From Fibrobacterota bacterium (lineage in GTDB: Bacteria; Fibrobacterota; Fibrobacteria; UBA11236): 14,598 nt of DNA. Positions 1 to 7,871 of this stretch are shown in pieces; position 1 is the stretch's first letter, and every line of letters starts with the position of its first letter. The notes beneath the pieces are model-generated. The model saw only the letters and a program-made list of their open reading frames with translations. It made no database searches and was not told where the DNA came from. The DNA lies in assembly GCA_043753995.1 (NCBI GenBank), contig JAYUVP010000128.1, positions 1 through 14,598 on the forward strand, given 5' to 3'. Made by a program: the position numbers and the translations under genes.

Positions 1-1
1 C

Positions 2-331
2 AAAGACATGCCCCCGCAACCCGAGCAGCCGACCTTGCCCGAGGCCGATGCCAACCTCATCATGCACATCGAGCTACCCATTCTGGGCGGTCATGTGATC
101 ATGGGATCGGACGCCCCTGAATCCATGGGATTCAAGGTCAGCATGGGCAACAACACTCACATCAATCTTGAGCCCGATACCCGCGCCGAGACTGAACGCC
201 TGTTCAAGGCGCTTTCCGAGGGCGGCAAGGTCCAAATGCCTTTGACCGATGCCTTCTGGGGATCGTATTTCGGAAACCTCACCGACAAATTCGGCGTGCA
301 GTGGATGTTTAATTGTTCAAGCAAAACGTGA
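2..331 (+). CDS. VOC/PhnB-family protein (5' truncated by window edge)
   Basis: Frame is open to the window start (KDMPP...). It has IMHxEL, MGSD and the C-terminal FKALSEGGKV-MPL-xxFWG-xFG-xTDKFGVQWMFN signature of PhnB-like VOC proteins. Confidence 0.9.
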   Translation, partial: KDMPPQPEQPTLPEADANLIMHIELPILGGHVIMGSDAPESMGFKVSMGNNTHINLEPDTRAETERLFKALSEGGKVQMPLTDAFWGSYFGNLTDKFGVQWMFNCSSKT

Positions 332-375
332 TTATTATTACTTATTGATTTTTTTGGGGTTCGGGCTTAATTTCT

Positions 376-948
376 TTACTTGAGCTTATTCAACAAGGCA
401 TAACCCTGCGGCCATAAACCCAATTGGCTGGCCGAATTGATATGTCCCAAAGGTCCCGCGAAATAGGATTCGCAATGCCAATGGCGCGCGCATTGAAGCG
501 AGAACATCACCTCAGCATAAGGATCATTTTCACTATAAACCAAGGTCGCGGCAAAGCCCAAGGGGCCTTGAGGCACAGGCCCGAAATCAGCCGCCGACTC
601 CGGAAAAACTTCCGTATCGGGATTCGGAGGCGCGACCAGCAAAGCCGCATGCACGCGGCTCAGCAATTCCTTTCGCATCTCGGTCTCCGGAGTCCGATCC
701 TTCGAGGACTCGGCTTGTCCCCAATGCGCCACAGCCAAACACGCCAGACTATGTGCTACTAAAATCACAGGAGAAACCGAGGCTTCCACCGCCTCATCAA
801 TAGCTTGCAGCCAATCTGCGAGCCTAGGATTATTCCAATCTTTCTGCTGTACTCGGTGAAAGCCGCCATAAGCGTTTTCCCAATGACTCTGCCAATGGTC
901 AGGGCCGGAATTGCCATATCCCGGAAGCAAAAGCACATGATTTTCCAT
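376..948 (-). CDS. RBBP9/YdeN-family alpha/beta hydrolase
   Basis: N-terminal PGYGNSGPDHWQ, nucleophile elbow AHSLA, SENDPY acid and GHIN histidine motifs; 190 aa. Confidence 0.9.
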   Translation of the reverse strand: MENHVLLLPGYGNSGPDHWQSHWENAYGGFHRVQQKDWNNPRLADWLQAIDEAVEASVSPVILVAHSLACLAVAHWGQAESSKDRTPETEMRKELLSRVHAALLVAPPNPDTEVFPESAADFGPVPQGPLGFAATLVYSENDPYAEVMFSLQCARHWHCESYFAGPLGHINSASQLGLWPQGYALLNKLK

Positions 949-1064
949 CTAAGAAATCTCATCGAACTCTTCGCCAAAGGCAAGACTCCTTACCCTTCCC
1001 GAGACCGATTTTATCTCAGCACTTGTTCTGTTTGTAGTTTCTTTACTTTTTACCTTGCCCTTGG

Positions 1065-1469
1065 CTAAACGCCCAATCGCCCCAACAAATCGGTCATGCG
1101 TCGGCGAATTTCATCGCGGACCACATTGAATTGATCGGGGGGCAAGGCCTTGGGATCGGGCAAGGCCCAATCTTCGTGGAGCTTGCCTTCAATCCAGGGA
1201 CAAGCGTCGCCGCAGCCCATGGTAACGACGGCGGCATAGCCGCCTTGGGGCACTTCTTGCAAGGGCTTGGAACGATGGGTTTTCAAGTCATAGCCGAGTT
1301 CGGCCATGGCCGCGATGGCCTTGGGATTCACCACGCCCGAAGGGCGCGAGCCGGAGCTATATGCCTCGACTTGATCGCCTCCGAGCATGCGGGCGAAAGC
1401 CTCGGCCATTTGACTGCGATTGCTGTTTTCAATGCAGACGAAAAGAAGTTTTTTCGTTTCGTTATTCAT
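1065..1469 (-). CDS. arsC: Arsenate reductase, LMW-PTP fold
   Basis: P-loop CX5R (CIENSNRSQMAE), TMGCGDACP and W-x-LPDP motifs. Last gene of the ars cluster; 4-bp ATGA overlap with the aquaporin gene. Confidence 0.9.
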   Translation of the reverse strand: MNNETKKLLFVCIENSNRSQMAEAFARMLGGDQVEAYSSGSRPSGVVNPKAIAAMAELGYDLKTHRSKPLQEVPQGGYAAVVTMGCGDACPWIEGKLHEDWALPDPKALPPDQFNVVRDEIRRRMTDLLGRLGV

Positions 1470-2188
1470 GTTTCACTTTCTGCTTTCGAATTGGAGGAAG
1501 GAAGAAGAGCGACGGGCCCCAGCATTCTGGAAATCAGCAAGGCCAAAACAAGTCCTGCGATTTGGCCCAGCCAAAAGCCCGGCGCGTCTTGCAGGCGAAT
1601 ACCCGCGAAGGTGTTCGTAAAAGCCCGCGCCAAGGTCACTGCAGGATTTGCGAAACTAGTGGAGGCAGTGAACCAATAGGCGGCGGTGATATAGAGGCCA
1701 ATCAGCATGGGCAATCGCGAGGGCTCTCGCGGAGCCAACCGCAAAATCAGGAGCAATAGCCCAGTCGTGGCGACGACCTCGCTCAGAATTTGCGCCAAGC
1801 CGCTTCGCAAATGTTCGGAAGCTTGCAGCAAAGGCATGCCGAACATGGCATGCGCCAAAAGCACGCCGAGCCATGCCCCGAAGCCTTGCATTACGACAAA
1901 GCCCGCCGCGCGCCCCCAAGCCAAACTTCCTTTCCATGCGGCGAGGGCACTGACCACGGGATTGAAATGCGCCCCGGAAACCGGGCCGAAAATCGAAATC
2001 AATACGGGCAATAAAGCTCCAGTGGCCACGGCATTGGCCAGCAGAGCAACCGCTATGTTACCCCCCGCCAGGTTTTCCGCCATGATGCCCGAACCCACGA
2101 CCCCGGCGAGCAAGAGGGCCGTTCCCAGCCCTTCGGAAAAAAGTTGAATCGCTAGCGTCGGTTCCAGATGGAGATTTGCTTTAGCCAC
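1466..2188 (-). CDS. MIP/aquaporin-family channel, AqpS-like arsenic channel
   Basis: Several hydrophobic helices, with SGAHFNPV and TASTSFANPAVTLAR loops typical of ars-operon MIPs. GTG start overlaps the arsM 3' end (2181-2188). Confidence 0.88.
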   Translation of the reverse strand: MAKANLHLEPTLAIQLFSEGLGTALLLAGVVGSGIMAENLAGGNIAVALLANAVATGALLPVLISIFGPVSGAHFNPVVSALAAWKGSLAWGRAAGFVVMQGFGAWLGVLLAHAMFGMPLLQASEHLRSGLAQILSEVVATTGLLLLILRLAPREPSRLPMLIGLYITAAYWFTASTSFANPAVTLARAFTNTFAGIRLQDAPGFWLGQIAGLVLALLISRMLGPVALLPSSNSKAESET

Positions 2189-2999
2189 GGACCTTTTTCC
2201 CGGTTACCGTGACCTTTATAACTTTGAAACCTTGAGTCAGCTTTTCGGCATTCAGGCCCTTAGGCAAAAAGGGTGCAATCCATTCCGCGTCCAAGGGCCA
2301 TTCCTTGGCTTCGGCGAAGCGGCAGTCGCCGAAGCCGGCGTCCACTAGGGCCGCGAGGTATTCGTCTTTTTGCAAGGCGCCGGCTACGCAGCCGACATAG
2401 ACCTCGGCTACGGTTTTAAGTTCCGCGGGCATATGGCCTTCGAACACAATATCCGATACGGCGATGCGGCCGCCCGGCTTCAGGACTCGGGACATTTCGC
2501 GAAAGGCCTGGGCTTTATCTGGCACTAAATTCAGGACACAATTACTGAGAATCACATCCACGCTTTGCGCATCGATCGGGAGATGCTCGATTTCTCCCAG
2601 GCGAAAAGTGACCTGATCCAAACCTTGTTTTTCGGCGAGACTTCGCGCCTTGCTGATCATTTCGGGGGTCATGTCCACGCCGATGACCTTGCCCTGGGGC
2701 CCCACCGCGGCGGCGGCCACAAAGGCATCATTGCCCGCTCCCGATCCCAAGTCCAGCACGGTTTCCCCTGCGCGTAAATCCGCAAACTGAGTGGGCACGC
2801 CGCAACCGAGGCCGAGATCGGCCGAGGCCACATAGCCTTTTTGCCCCGCATAACTTTCATTCATGGCAAAGCCGGTTTCCGGCGACACGGTACCGCCACA
2901 ACAACTGGGCGCGCAGCAAGCTGCCGCTCCGTCATTGGCTTTGGCCGCCGCGCCATAGCGGGCGCGCACTTCTTCTTTCACAGAGTTCGCGTCTTTCAT
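2181..2999 (-). CDS. arsM: Arsenite S-adenosylmethionine methyltransferase
   Basis: LGLGCG, SAM motif VLDLGSGAG, SNCVLNL and GCVAGA cysteine motifs, plus N-terminal CC..CC. AGGAG RBS upstream. Confidence 0.93.
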   Translation of the reverse strand: MKDANSVKEEVRARYGAAAKANDGAAACCAPSCCGGTVSPETGFAMNESYAGQKGYVASADLGLGCGVPTQFADLRAGETVLDLGSGAGNDAFVAAAAVGPQGKVIGVDMTPEMISKARSLAEKQGLDQVTFRLGEIEHLPIDAQSVDVILSNCVLNLVPDKAQAFREMSRVLKPGGRIAVSDIVFEGHMPAELKTVAEVYVGCVAGALQKDEYLAALVDAGFGDCRFAEAKEWPLDAEWIAPFLPKGLNAEKLTQGFKVIKVTVTGKKVRG

Positions 3000-3029
3000 A
3001 TTCTCTCCTGGTTGAACATTGGGATGAAT

Positions 3030-3356
3030 TCAGCAACAACGTGGCGCATTCAAAACCCGACCTAAGCCGGCGAGGGCTTCAGCTAAGACCTTGATGGCCT
3101 TTAGATTGAGGCAATAACACGATTTCGGTCCATCCACTTCGCCGTCGATGAGTCCAGCTTCTTTCAATGCCTTGAGATGCTGCGACACCGTACTTTGGGC
3201 CAGAGGCAAAACATCGACGATTTCCCCGCAAATACAGGTTCCTCGCATGGCCAGTTCGCGCAAGATGGCTATTCGGGCGGGATGCGCCAAGGCCTTGGCA
3301 TAAGCAGCGATTTTGATGTCGGCGGCGCTAAAAGCTTCGGTTTTGGCTAGCGGCAT
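3030..3356 (-). CDS. arsR: ArsR/SmtB metalloregulatory repressor
   Basis: [13 protein letters not shown] and [21 protein letters not shown], with a C-terminal CC. First gene of the operon; GGAAGG RBS. Confidence 0.93.
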   Translation of the reverse strand: MPLAKTEAFSAADIKIAAYAKALAHPARIAILRELAMRGTCICGEIVDVLPLAQSTVSQHLKALKEAGLIDGEVDGPKSCYCLNLKAIKVLAEALAGLGRVLNAPRCC

Positions 3357-3392
3357 AAGATCCCTTCCGAGGGTTTTCTCCCGGCTATATCT

Positions 3393-3421
3393 AATATCGT
3401 AGATATACGATTAAAGATCAA
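3393..3421 (-). promoter_or_regulatory. Putative ars promoter with ArsR operator palindrome ATCGTA-N4-TACGAT (3396-3411)
   Basis: Perfect 6-bp inverted repeat 40 nt upstream of arsR. On the minus strand it lies in the spacer of, and overlaps the -10 of, TTGATC (3421-3416)-17 nt-GATATT (3398-3393). Confidence 0.7.
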
Positions 3422-3507
3422 GCGATTTTTACGATCACAAGCGTTTTTTCATAATCCCGTGAAGTGATTTTTGTCACCCCAATGAAACTGGAAGGCCGAT
3501 CTTTTGT

Positions 3508-3659
3508 TGTTTGGGACGGCTATACTCTCCACTCAGTTAAGGCCTCAAAACCGGACGACTGCAAGGGGAGTTTTGAGGCCAGCTCCATACCGTATTCACA
3601 CCGAAACACCGACGTAACAATCGGGAGATGTGAAGACGGTACGTTACAGCCATCAAACA
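3508..3659 (-). ncRNA. Candidate structured non-coding RNA (three-way junction), family not recognised
   Basis: Four helices: 3645-3654/3515-3524, 3627-3642/3587-3602, 3620-3624/3609-3613 and 3569-3580/3541-3552. Six positions are A-C mismatches on the plus strand but G-U pairs on the minus strand. Confidence 0.5.
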
Positions 3660-3664
3660 GGGAC

Positions 3665-4438
3665 ATGAACATGAATGACATTCGCCTTGCTCCCGGCCCC
3701 GCCCTAAACCCGGCTCACACCAGCCGGACCTATACCAATTTTCCAACCTTGCATTTGGGCAGCCATGTTTTGCTATTGAGGCAAGCCTGGCCCGAGGATT
3801 TAGTCTCTCCCAGCGTCGCGCAGGGAGTAGGGCCTCTGCATGATTTCGGCACTCAAGGTGAGGTTCTCACGGTGAGTGATCATCAAGGCCATACCGTGGC
3901 GGCCATGCGCGTGAATATTCGCTTCGGTGAAGCCTTGCCCGATCCGCAAAGCTCGCCTTGGCCGGGGGCCATGGCCTCCTTGCGCACGGCCTTGCGCTAT
4001 AGCCGATTGGGCTGGCTCGAAACCGGATCCGCCCGTCTGCAAACGGGATCGAAGGCGATGACATCCTTGCGGGCAGCCTTGCTTTGGCATGGCCTCGTGC
4101 GTCTCCTGGAGCGCAATGGACTGGGCTTTGCCCTGGGGGTTTCCTTCGCACCGCCTTCCGACGCCGACGCTCCCGTGACCGATATGTTACCCTTGCTTTT
4201 GGAGCGGCACGGCCTTCCTCCCGAATTCTCCTCACGCCCCTCGAAATACGCTTGGCGCCCACCTCAGGGCTTGGTCGCCGAAGGCGAACCCGAAGACCGG
4301 TTACCTGCCGATTTGCGCGAGGCCTTACGTCGCGGGGCCAAGCTCTGCGGGGATCCCCTGACCGAGGCAAATGGGGATTTGCGGTTTTTTTGGGTGGCGC
4401 ATCGCACCCTATTGCAACATGGCATGCCCTTGATTTAA
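3665..4438 (+). CDS. Diverged GNAT-family N-acyltransferase-like protein (OlsB/Acetyltransf_5-like)
   Basis: LETG..., LLWHGLxxxxxxxGxxFxxG and LPxxLxxxLRRGAKLCGDP segments resemble ornithine-lipid N-acyltransferases. Start is likely ATG 3665 or 3671 rather than GTG 3464. Confidence 0.55.
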   Translation: MNMNDIRLAPGPALNPAHTSRTYTNFPTLHLGSHVLLLRQAWPEDLVSPSVAQGVGPLHDFGTQGEVLTVSDHQGHTVAAMRVNIRFGEALPDPQSSPWPGAMASLRTALRYSRLGWLETGSARLQTGSKAMTSLRAALLWHGLVRLLERNGLGFALGVSFAPPSDADAPVTDMLPLLLERHGLPPEFSSRPSKYAWRPPQGLVAEGEPEDRLPADLREALRRGAKLCGDPLTEANGDLRFFWVAHRTLLQHGMPLI

Positions 4439-4500
4439 GGGTATCTCCCCAGGCCCGATTCAGGGCCTAGCGACTTACTTTTCGGGGAGGAGTCTTCCCC

Positions 4501-5316
4501 ATGCGCACCTATCTGGACCAAATCCAGCAAATACTCGATCACGGCGAGAAAAAAGAGGACCGAACCGGCACCGGCACCCTTTCCCTTTTCGGCCTGCAAG
4601 CCCGCTATGATTTGCGCCAGGGCTTTCCCCTTGTTACCACTAAGAAGGTGTTATTCGACGCGGTGGTGCGCGAACTATTGTGGTTTCTCCGGGGCAGCAC
4701 CAATATCAATGACGGACTCAAGGCCTATACCCCGATTTGGAATGCCTGGGCCGACGATCAAGGTGAGCTAGGACCCATTTACGGCTATCAATGGCGCCGC
4801 TGGCCGCGCTTCATTGAAGATCCACGATCGGGATCCATACGCCGCGACTATGTCGACCAAATGCAAATCGCCATCGACACGTTGAAGCGCAATCCCGACT
4901 CGCGCCGCATCATCGTCTCCGCCTGGAATGTGGCCGATCTCGATCGCATGGCTTTGCCGCCCTGCCATGCCTTTTTCCAATTCTATACCTGCAATGGCCG
5001 GCTCGACTTGCAGCTTTATCAGCGCAGCGCCGACATGGCCTTGGGCGTGCCCTTTAATATCGCCAGCTATAGCCTGCTGCTTCTCATGGTGGCCCAGGAA
5101 TGCGGCTTTACCCCGGGCTTTTTCGTTCACACTCTCGGCGACGCCCATATTTATTTGAATCATGTGGAAGGCGTGAAGACGCAATTACAACGCGAACCCC
5201 ATCCCCTGCCCCAGGTGAGACTCCGTAAAAAACCTTTTTTCGATTTGCAATTCGAGGATTTCGAATTGGCTAATTATCAGCATCATCCCTTCATCAAATT
5301 TCCTATCGCGGTGTGA
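4501..5316 (+). CDS. thyA: Thymidylate synthase
   Basis: [24 protein letters not shown], catalytic [19 protein letters not shown] and GDAHIY. GGAGGAG RBS. Confidence 0.98.
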   Translation: MRTYLDQIQQILDHGEKKEDRTGTGTLSLFGLQARYDLRQGFPLVTTKKVLFDAVVRELLWFLRGSTNINDGLKAYTPIWNAWADDQGELGPIYGYQWRRWPRFIEDPRSGSIRRDYVDQMQIAIDTLKRNPDSRRIIVSAWNVADLDRMALPPCHAFFQFYTCNGRLDLQLYQRSADMALGVPFNIASYSLLLLMVAQECGFTPGFFVHTLGDAHIYLNHVEGVKTQLQREPHPLPQVRLRKKPFFDLQFEDFELANYQHHPFIKFPIAV

Positions 5317-5339
5317 ACCCAGCTTGAATTGAGGTGAAG

Positions 5340-5990
5340 ATGCGGACTTTCAGCTTGGTGGTGGCCACCGAAAAACATGGCGGCATCGGAAAAGAGGGCG
5401 GCTTGCCCTGGAGCCTCAAGGGCGATATGCGCTGGTTCAAGGAATTGACCACATGCCCCGATCGCCTCGCCGTTCAGGCCCGCTATCACTTGGACCGGGC
5501 CATCATCGACAAGCATGTCGTCACCCCCGAGCAGCTCATCGCCCAGCTCGGCAAGGACATGGGCATCCCCAAGCCCGCACCCGAGGCTCGCAATGCCGTA
5601 CTCATGGGACGACGCACCTGGGAAAGCCTGCCCGATCGCTTTCGACCCTTGCCCGGCCGCATCAATGGCGTGCTCTCGCGCCAGCCCAACTTTAAATCCG
5701 ACGGCACCTTTCAAATTTGGGCTGGTCTGGACGAGGCTTTGAGTGGAATGCAAGGCGAAGAAACCCTACGTGAGATTTATGTGATCGGTGGTGGGCAGGT
5801 TTACGCCGCTGCTCTGGAGCATCCGCGCTGCGCCCGCATTTATCGTACCGTCATCGACGCCGACTTTGCCTGCGACACCTTCTTTCCGCCTGCTCCGGCG
5901 GACTTTTCGGAAATCGCGACCACGCCCTGGATCACCGAGCCACCCTTCACCTACCGCATCCAAATGCTGGAGCGGGAAATCAAGACCTGA
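5340..5990 (+). CDS. folA: Dihydrofolate reductase with a large internal insertion
   Basis: GIGxxGxLPW, D-MxxF, MGRRTWES, RPLPGRxN, IGGGQVY and CDTFFP. GAGG RBS precedes ATG 5340; follows thyA. Confidence 0.93.
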   Translation: MRTFSLVVATEKHGGIGKEGGLPWSLKGDMRWFKELTTCPDRLAVQARYHLDRAIIDKHVVTPEQLIAQLGKDMGIPKPAPEARNAVLMGRRTWESLPDRFRPLPGRINGVLSRQPNFKSDGTFQIWAGLDEALSGMQGEETLREIYVIGGGQVYAAALEHPRCARIYRTVIDADFACDTFFPPAPADFSEIATTPWITEPPFTYRIQMLEREIKT

Positions 5991-6113
5991 ACACAATTCC
6001 CAGGTTGCGCTGGAGTTAAGTTTACGGCCCAATCCTAGCCCCGCTAAGCCAGCCAACCTTGCCCACCCCACGTAGGCCTGCAAGAGGAGCGAAGTGGGTT
6101 TGAGACCCCTGAA

Positions 6114-7511
6114 ATGGCCTTCCAAAAATTACAGACTCAAATCCTCTACCCTGAGCTGCAAGCCGCCCTGGAGCACGGTGACGATGAGGCATTGTATGCC
6201 GTCATCGAGGATTTGACCTCGGAGGACTTGGCCGAACTCTGCGGGGAATTGCCGGGCGAATTGCAGGCCGCCTTTTTCGAAAAGCTGCCTGCCGAAAGAT
6301 CGGTAGAGACTTTCCCCCAGCTTGAATTGCTGCTGCAAAAGGAAATACTCGCCAGCCTCAGCAATGCGCGGGTGACCGCCATCGTGAATGAGATGGAGGC
6401 CGATGATCGCACCGCCCTGCTGGAATCGTTGCCCCAAGAGGTCACACGCCAGTTACTCAGCTTCCTGACTCCCAAGGAAAGGGCGCTCGCCCAAAAGCTG
6501 CTGGAATTCCCTGAAGACAGCGTTGGCCGCCTCATGACCCCCGACTTTTTGGCGGTCAAACAGGACTGGAATGTGCAACGCTGCCTCGAGTATATTCGCC
6601 GCCACGGCGAAGACAAAGAAACCTTGAATGACATTTACGTGGTCGACGACCGCGGCCATTTGGTTGACGACTTGCCCATTCGCGAATTCCTGTTGGCCGA
6701 TCCCGCCGAACCGGTGCGTGAATTGATGGAACAGGGTTATACCGCACTATACGCCGAAGATCCTCAAGAAGAAGCCATTGCCGCCTTCAAGAAATATTCC
6801 AAGCGCACGGCCTTACCCGTCATCGATGGCCAGGGTTTTTTGCTGGGAATCATCACCATTGACGACATTCTCCACCTGGAAGAAAAAGAAGCCACCGAAG
6901 ACATTCAAAAAATGGGCGGCGCCCAAGCGCTCGAAGAACCCTATCTAGACACCAGCCTATGGAATATGACGCGCAAGCGCTCCCCTGCCCTGGTAGTGCT
7001 TTTCATCGGGGAAATGCTCACCGCATCGGCGATGTCTCACTTTGAAGATGCCATCGCCAAGGCCGTAGTTTTGACCTTATTTGTGCCTCTCATTATTTCC
7101 AGTGGCGGCAATGCAGGTTCACAAGCCGCCAGTCTTGTCATACGCGCCCTGGCCCTTGGCGAAGTCGCCTTTAGTGATTTCTGGAAAGTGTTTCGACGCG
7201 AATTGGCCATTGGCGCCTTCATCGGCCTATTCCTCGCCGTTTTAGGCTATTTCCGAATCGGCTTTGTTGCGAGTTTTTTCGGAATGTACGGCGAGCATTG
7301 GGCTTGGATTGGACTTACGGTTTTCATCGCCACCATTGGCGTGGTCATTTGGGGAACCCTTATCGGAGCCTTGATTCCGCTATTGCTCAAGCGACTCAAA
7401 ATGGACCCGGCAACGTCTTCAACGCCTTTCGTGGCCACCTTTGTTGACGTCACCGGCATCGTGCTTTATTTCAGTATTGCCATGCTTTTACTGCGGGGTA
7501 AGTTGCTTTGA
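6114..7511 (+). CDS. mgtE: Magnesium transporter MgtE
   Basis: Helical N-domain, GRLMT plus CBS pair, then a TM domain with SSGGNAGSQ and DPAxxSxPFVATxxD motifs. Confidence 0.96.
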   Translation: MAFQKLQTQILYPELQAALEHGDDEALYAVIEDLTSEDLAELCGELPGELQAAFFEKLPAERSVETFPQLELLLQKEILASLSNARVTAIVNEMEADDRTALLESLPQEVTRQLLSFLTPKERALAQKLLEFPEDSVGRLMTPDFLAVKQDWNVQRCLEYIRRHGEDKETLNDIYVVDDRGHLVDDLPIREFLLADPAEPVRELMEQGYTALYAEDPQEEAIAAFKKYSKRTALPVIDGQGFLLGIITIDDILHLEEKEATEDIQKMGGAQALEEPYLDTSLWNMTRKRSPALVVLFIGEMLTASAMSHFEDAIAKAVVLTLFVPLIISSGGNAGSQAASLVIRALALGEVAFSDFWKVFRRELAIGAFIGLFLAVLGYFRIGFVASFFGMYGEHWAWIGLTVFIATIGVVIWGTLIGALIPLLLKRLKMDPATSSTPFVATFVDVTGIVLYFSIAMLLLRGKLL

Positions 7512-7610
7512 TGCCCATGTCGTGAAATAATTATTTGCTAGCCGCCTCAATGTCGAGCGGATGGTTGCACCCCAAGCCGTGCCTATCGAGAATTTTCCCG
7601 CGGAATTGAA

Positions 7611-7859
7611 ATGCGTCTGAAATCATCCGGCGAGAATGTGCAAGGCGCTGTGCAGGAGCAAAGCGCGACCACTACCGAAATCGGGCGTAACGTGCACGAG
7701 TCGGCAGGCAATAGCCAAAGAGTGCAAGCTTCGGTGCAGGATTTAAGGAATTCGGTTCGCCTTGCCGCCGATTAGGCCGGTCAAACCCGCCAAGCCTCCA
7801 TCGATTTGGAAACCCTGGCCCGCGAAATCGAAGGCGCAGTCGCCGGCTTTAAAACTTGA
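7611..7859 (+). pseudogene. Remnant of a methyl-accepting chemotaxis protein C-terminus with internal stop
   Basis: Reads ...AVQEQSATTTEIGRNVHESAGNSQRVQASVQDLRNSVRLAAD*AGQTRQASIDLETLAREIEGAVAGFKT*. In-frame TAG at 7773-7775; no upstream signalling tip or TM region. Confidence 0.8.
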
Positions 7860-7871
7860 TCCTTTGAGCTC

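Noticed and set aside
1133..1170. Short duplicated GGGCAAGGCC within arsC
   Set aside because: Explained by the coding repeat ALP..ALP.
3508..3659. Retron msr-msd, or CRISPR repeat/tracrRNA (GTTTTGAGGCC), interpretation of the structured element
   Set aside because: No reverse transcriptase, cas gene or repeat array in the window. The closing stem pairs better on the strand opposite the downstream ORF.
3464..3664. N-terminal extension of the 324-aa ORF from GTG 3464
   Set aside because: No convincing RBS or protein-like features, and it overlaps the structured element. ATG 3665/3671 is more plausible.
5991..6113. M-box riboswitch or leader peptide upstream of mgtE
   Set aside because: Only 123 nt, with no M-box consensus recognised and no ATG-initiated leader. 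Only a short GCCCAC/GTGGGT stem is present.
7525..7536. AAATAATTATTT palindrome after mgtE
   Set aside because: Low-complexity AT palindrome, single copy, with no terminator-like GC stem.
7773..7775. Stop-codon recoding (pyrrolysine or alternative code) at the in-frame TAG
   Set aside because: TAG ends normal genes here (arsC, the lipoprotein), and the MCP fragment is also truncated, so decay is the simpler explanation.
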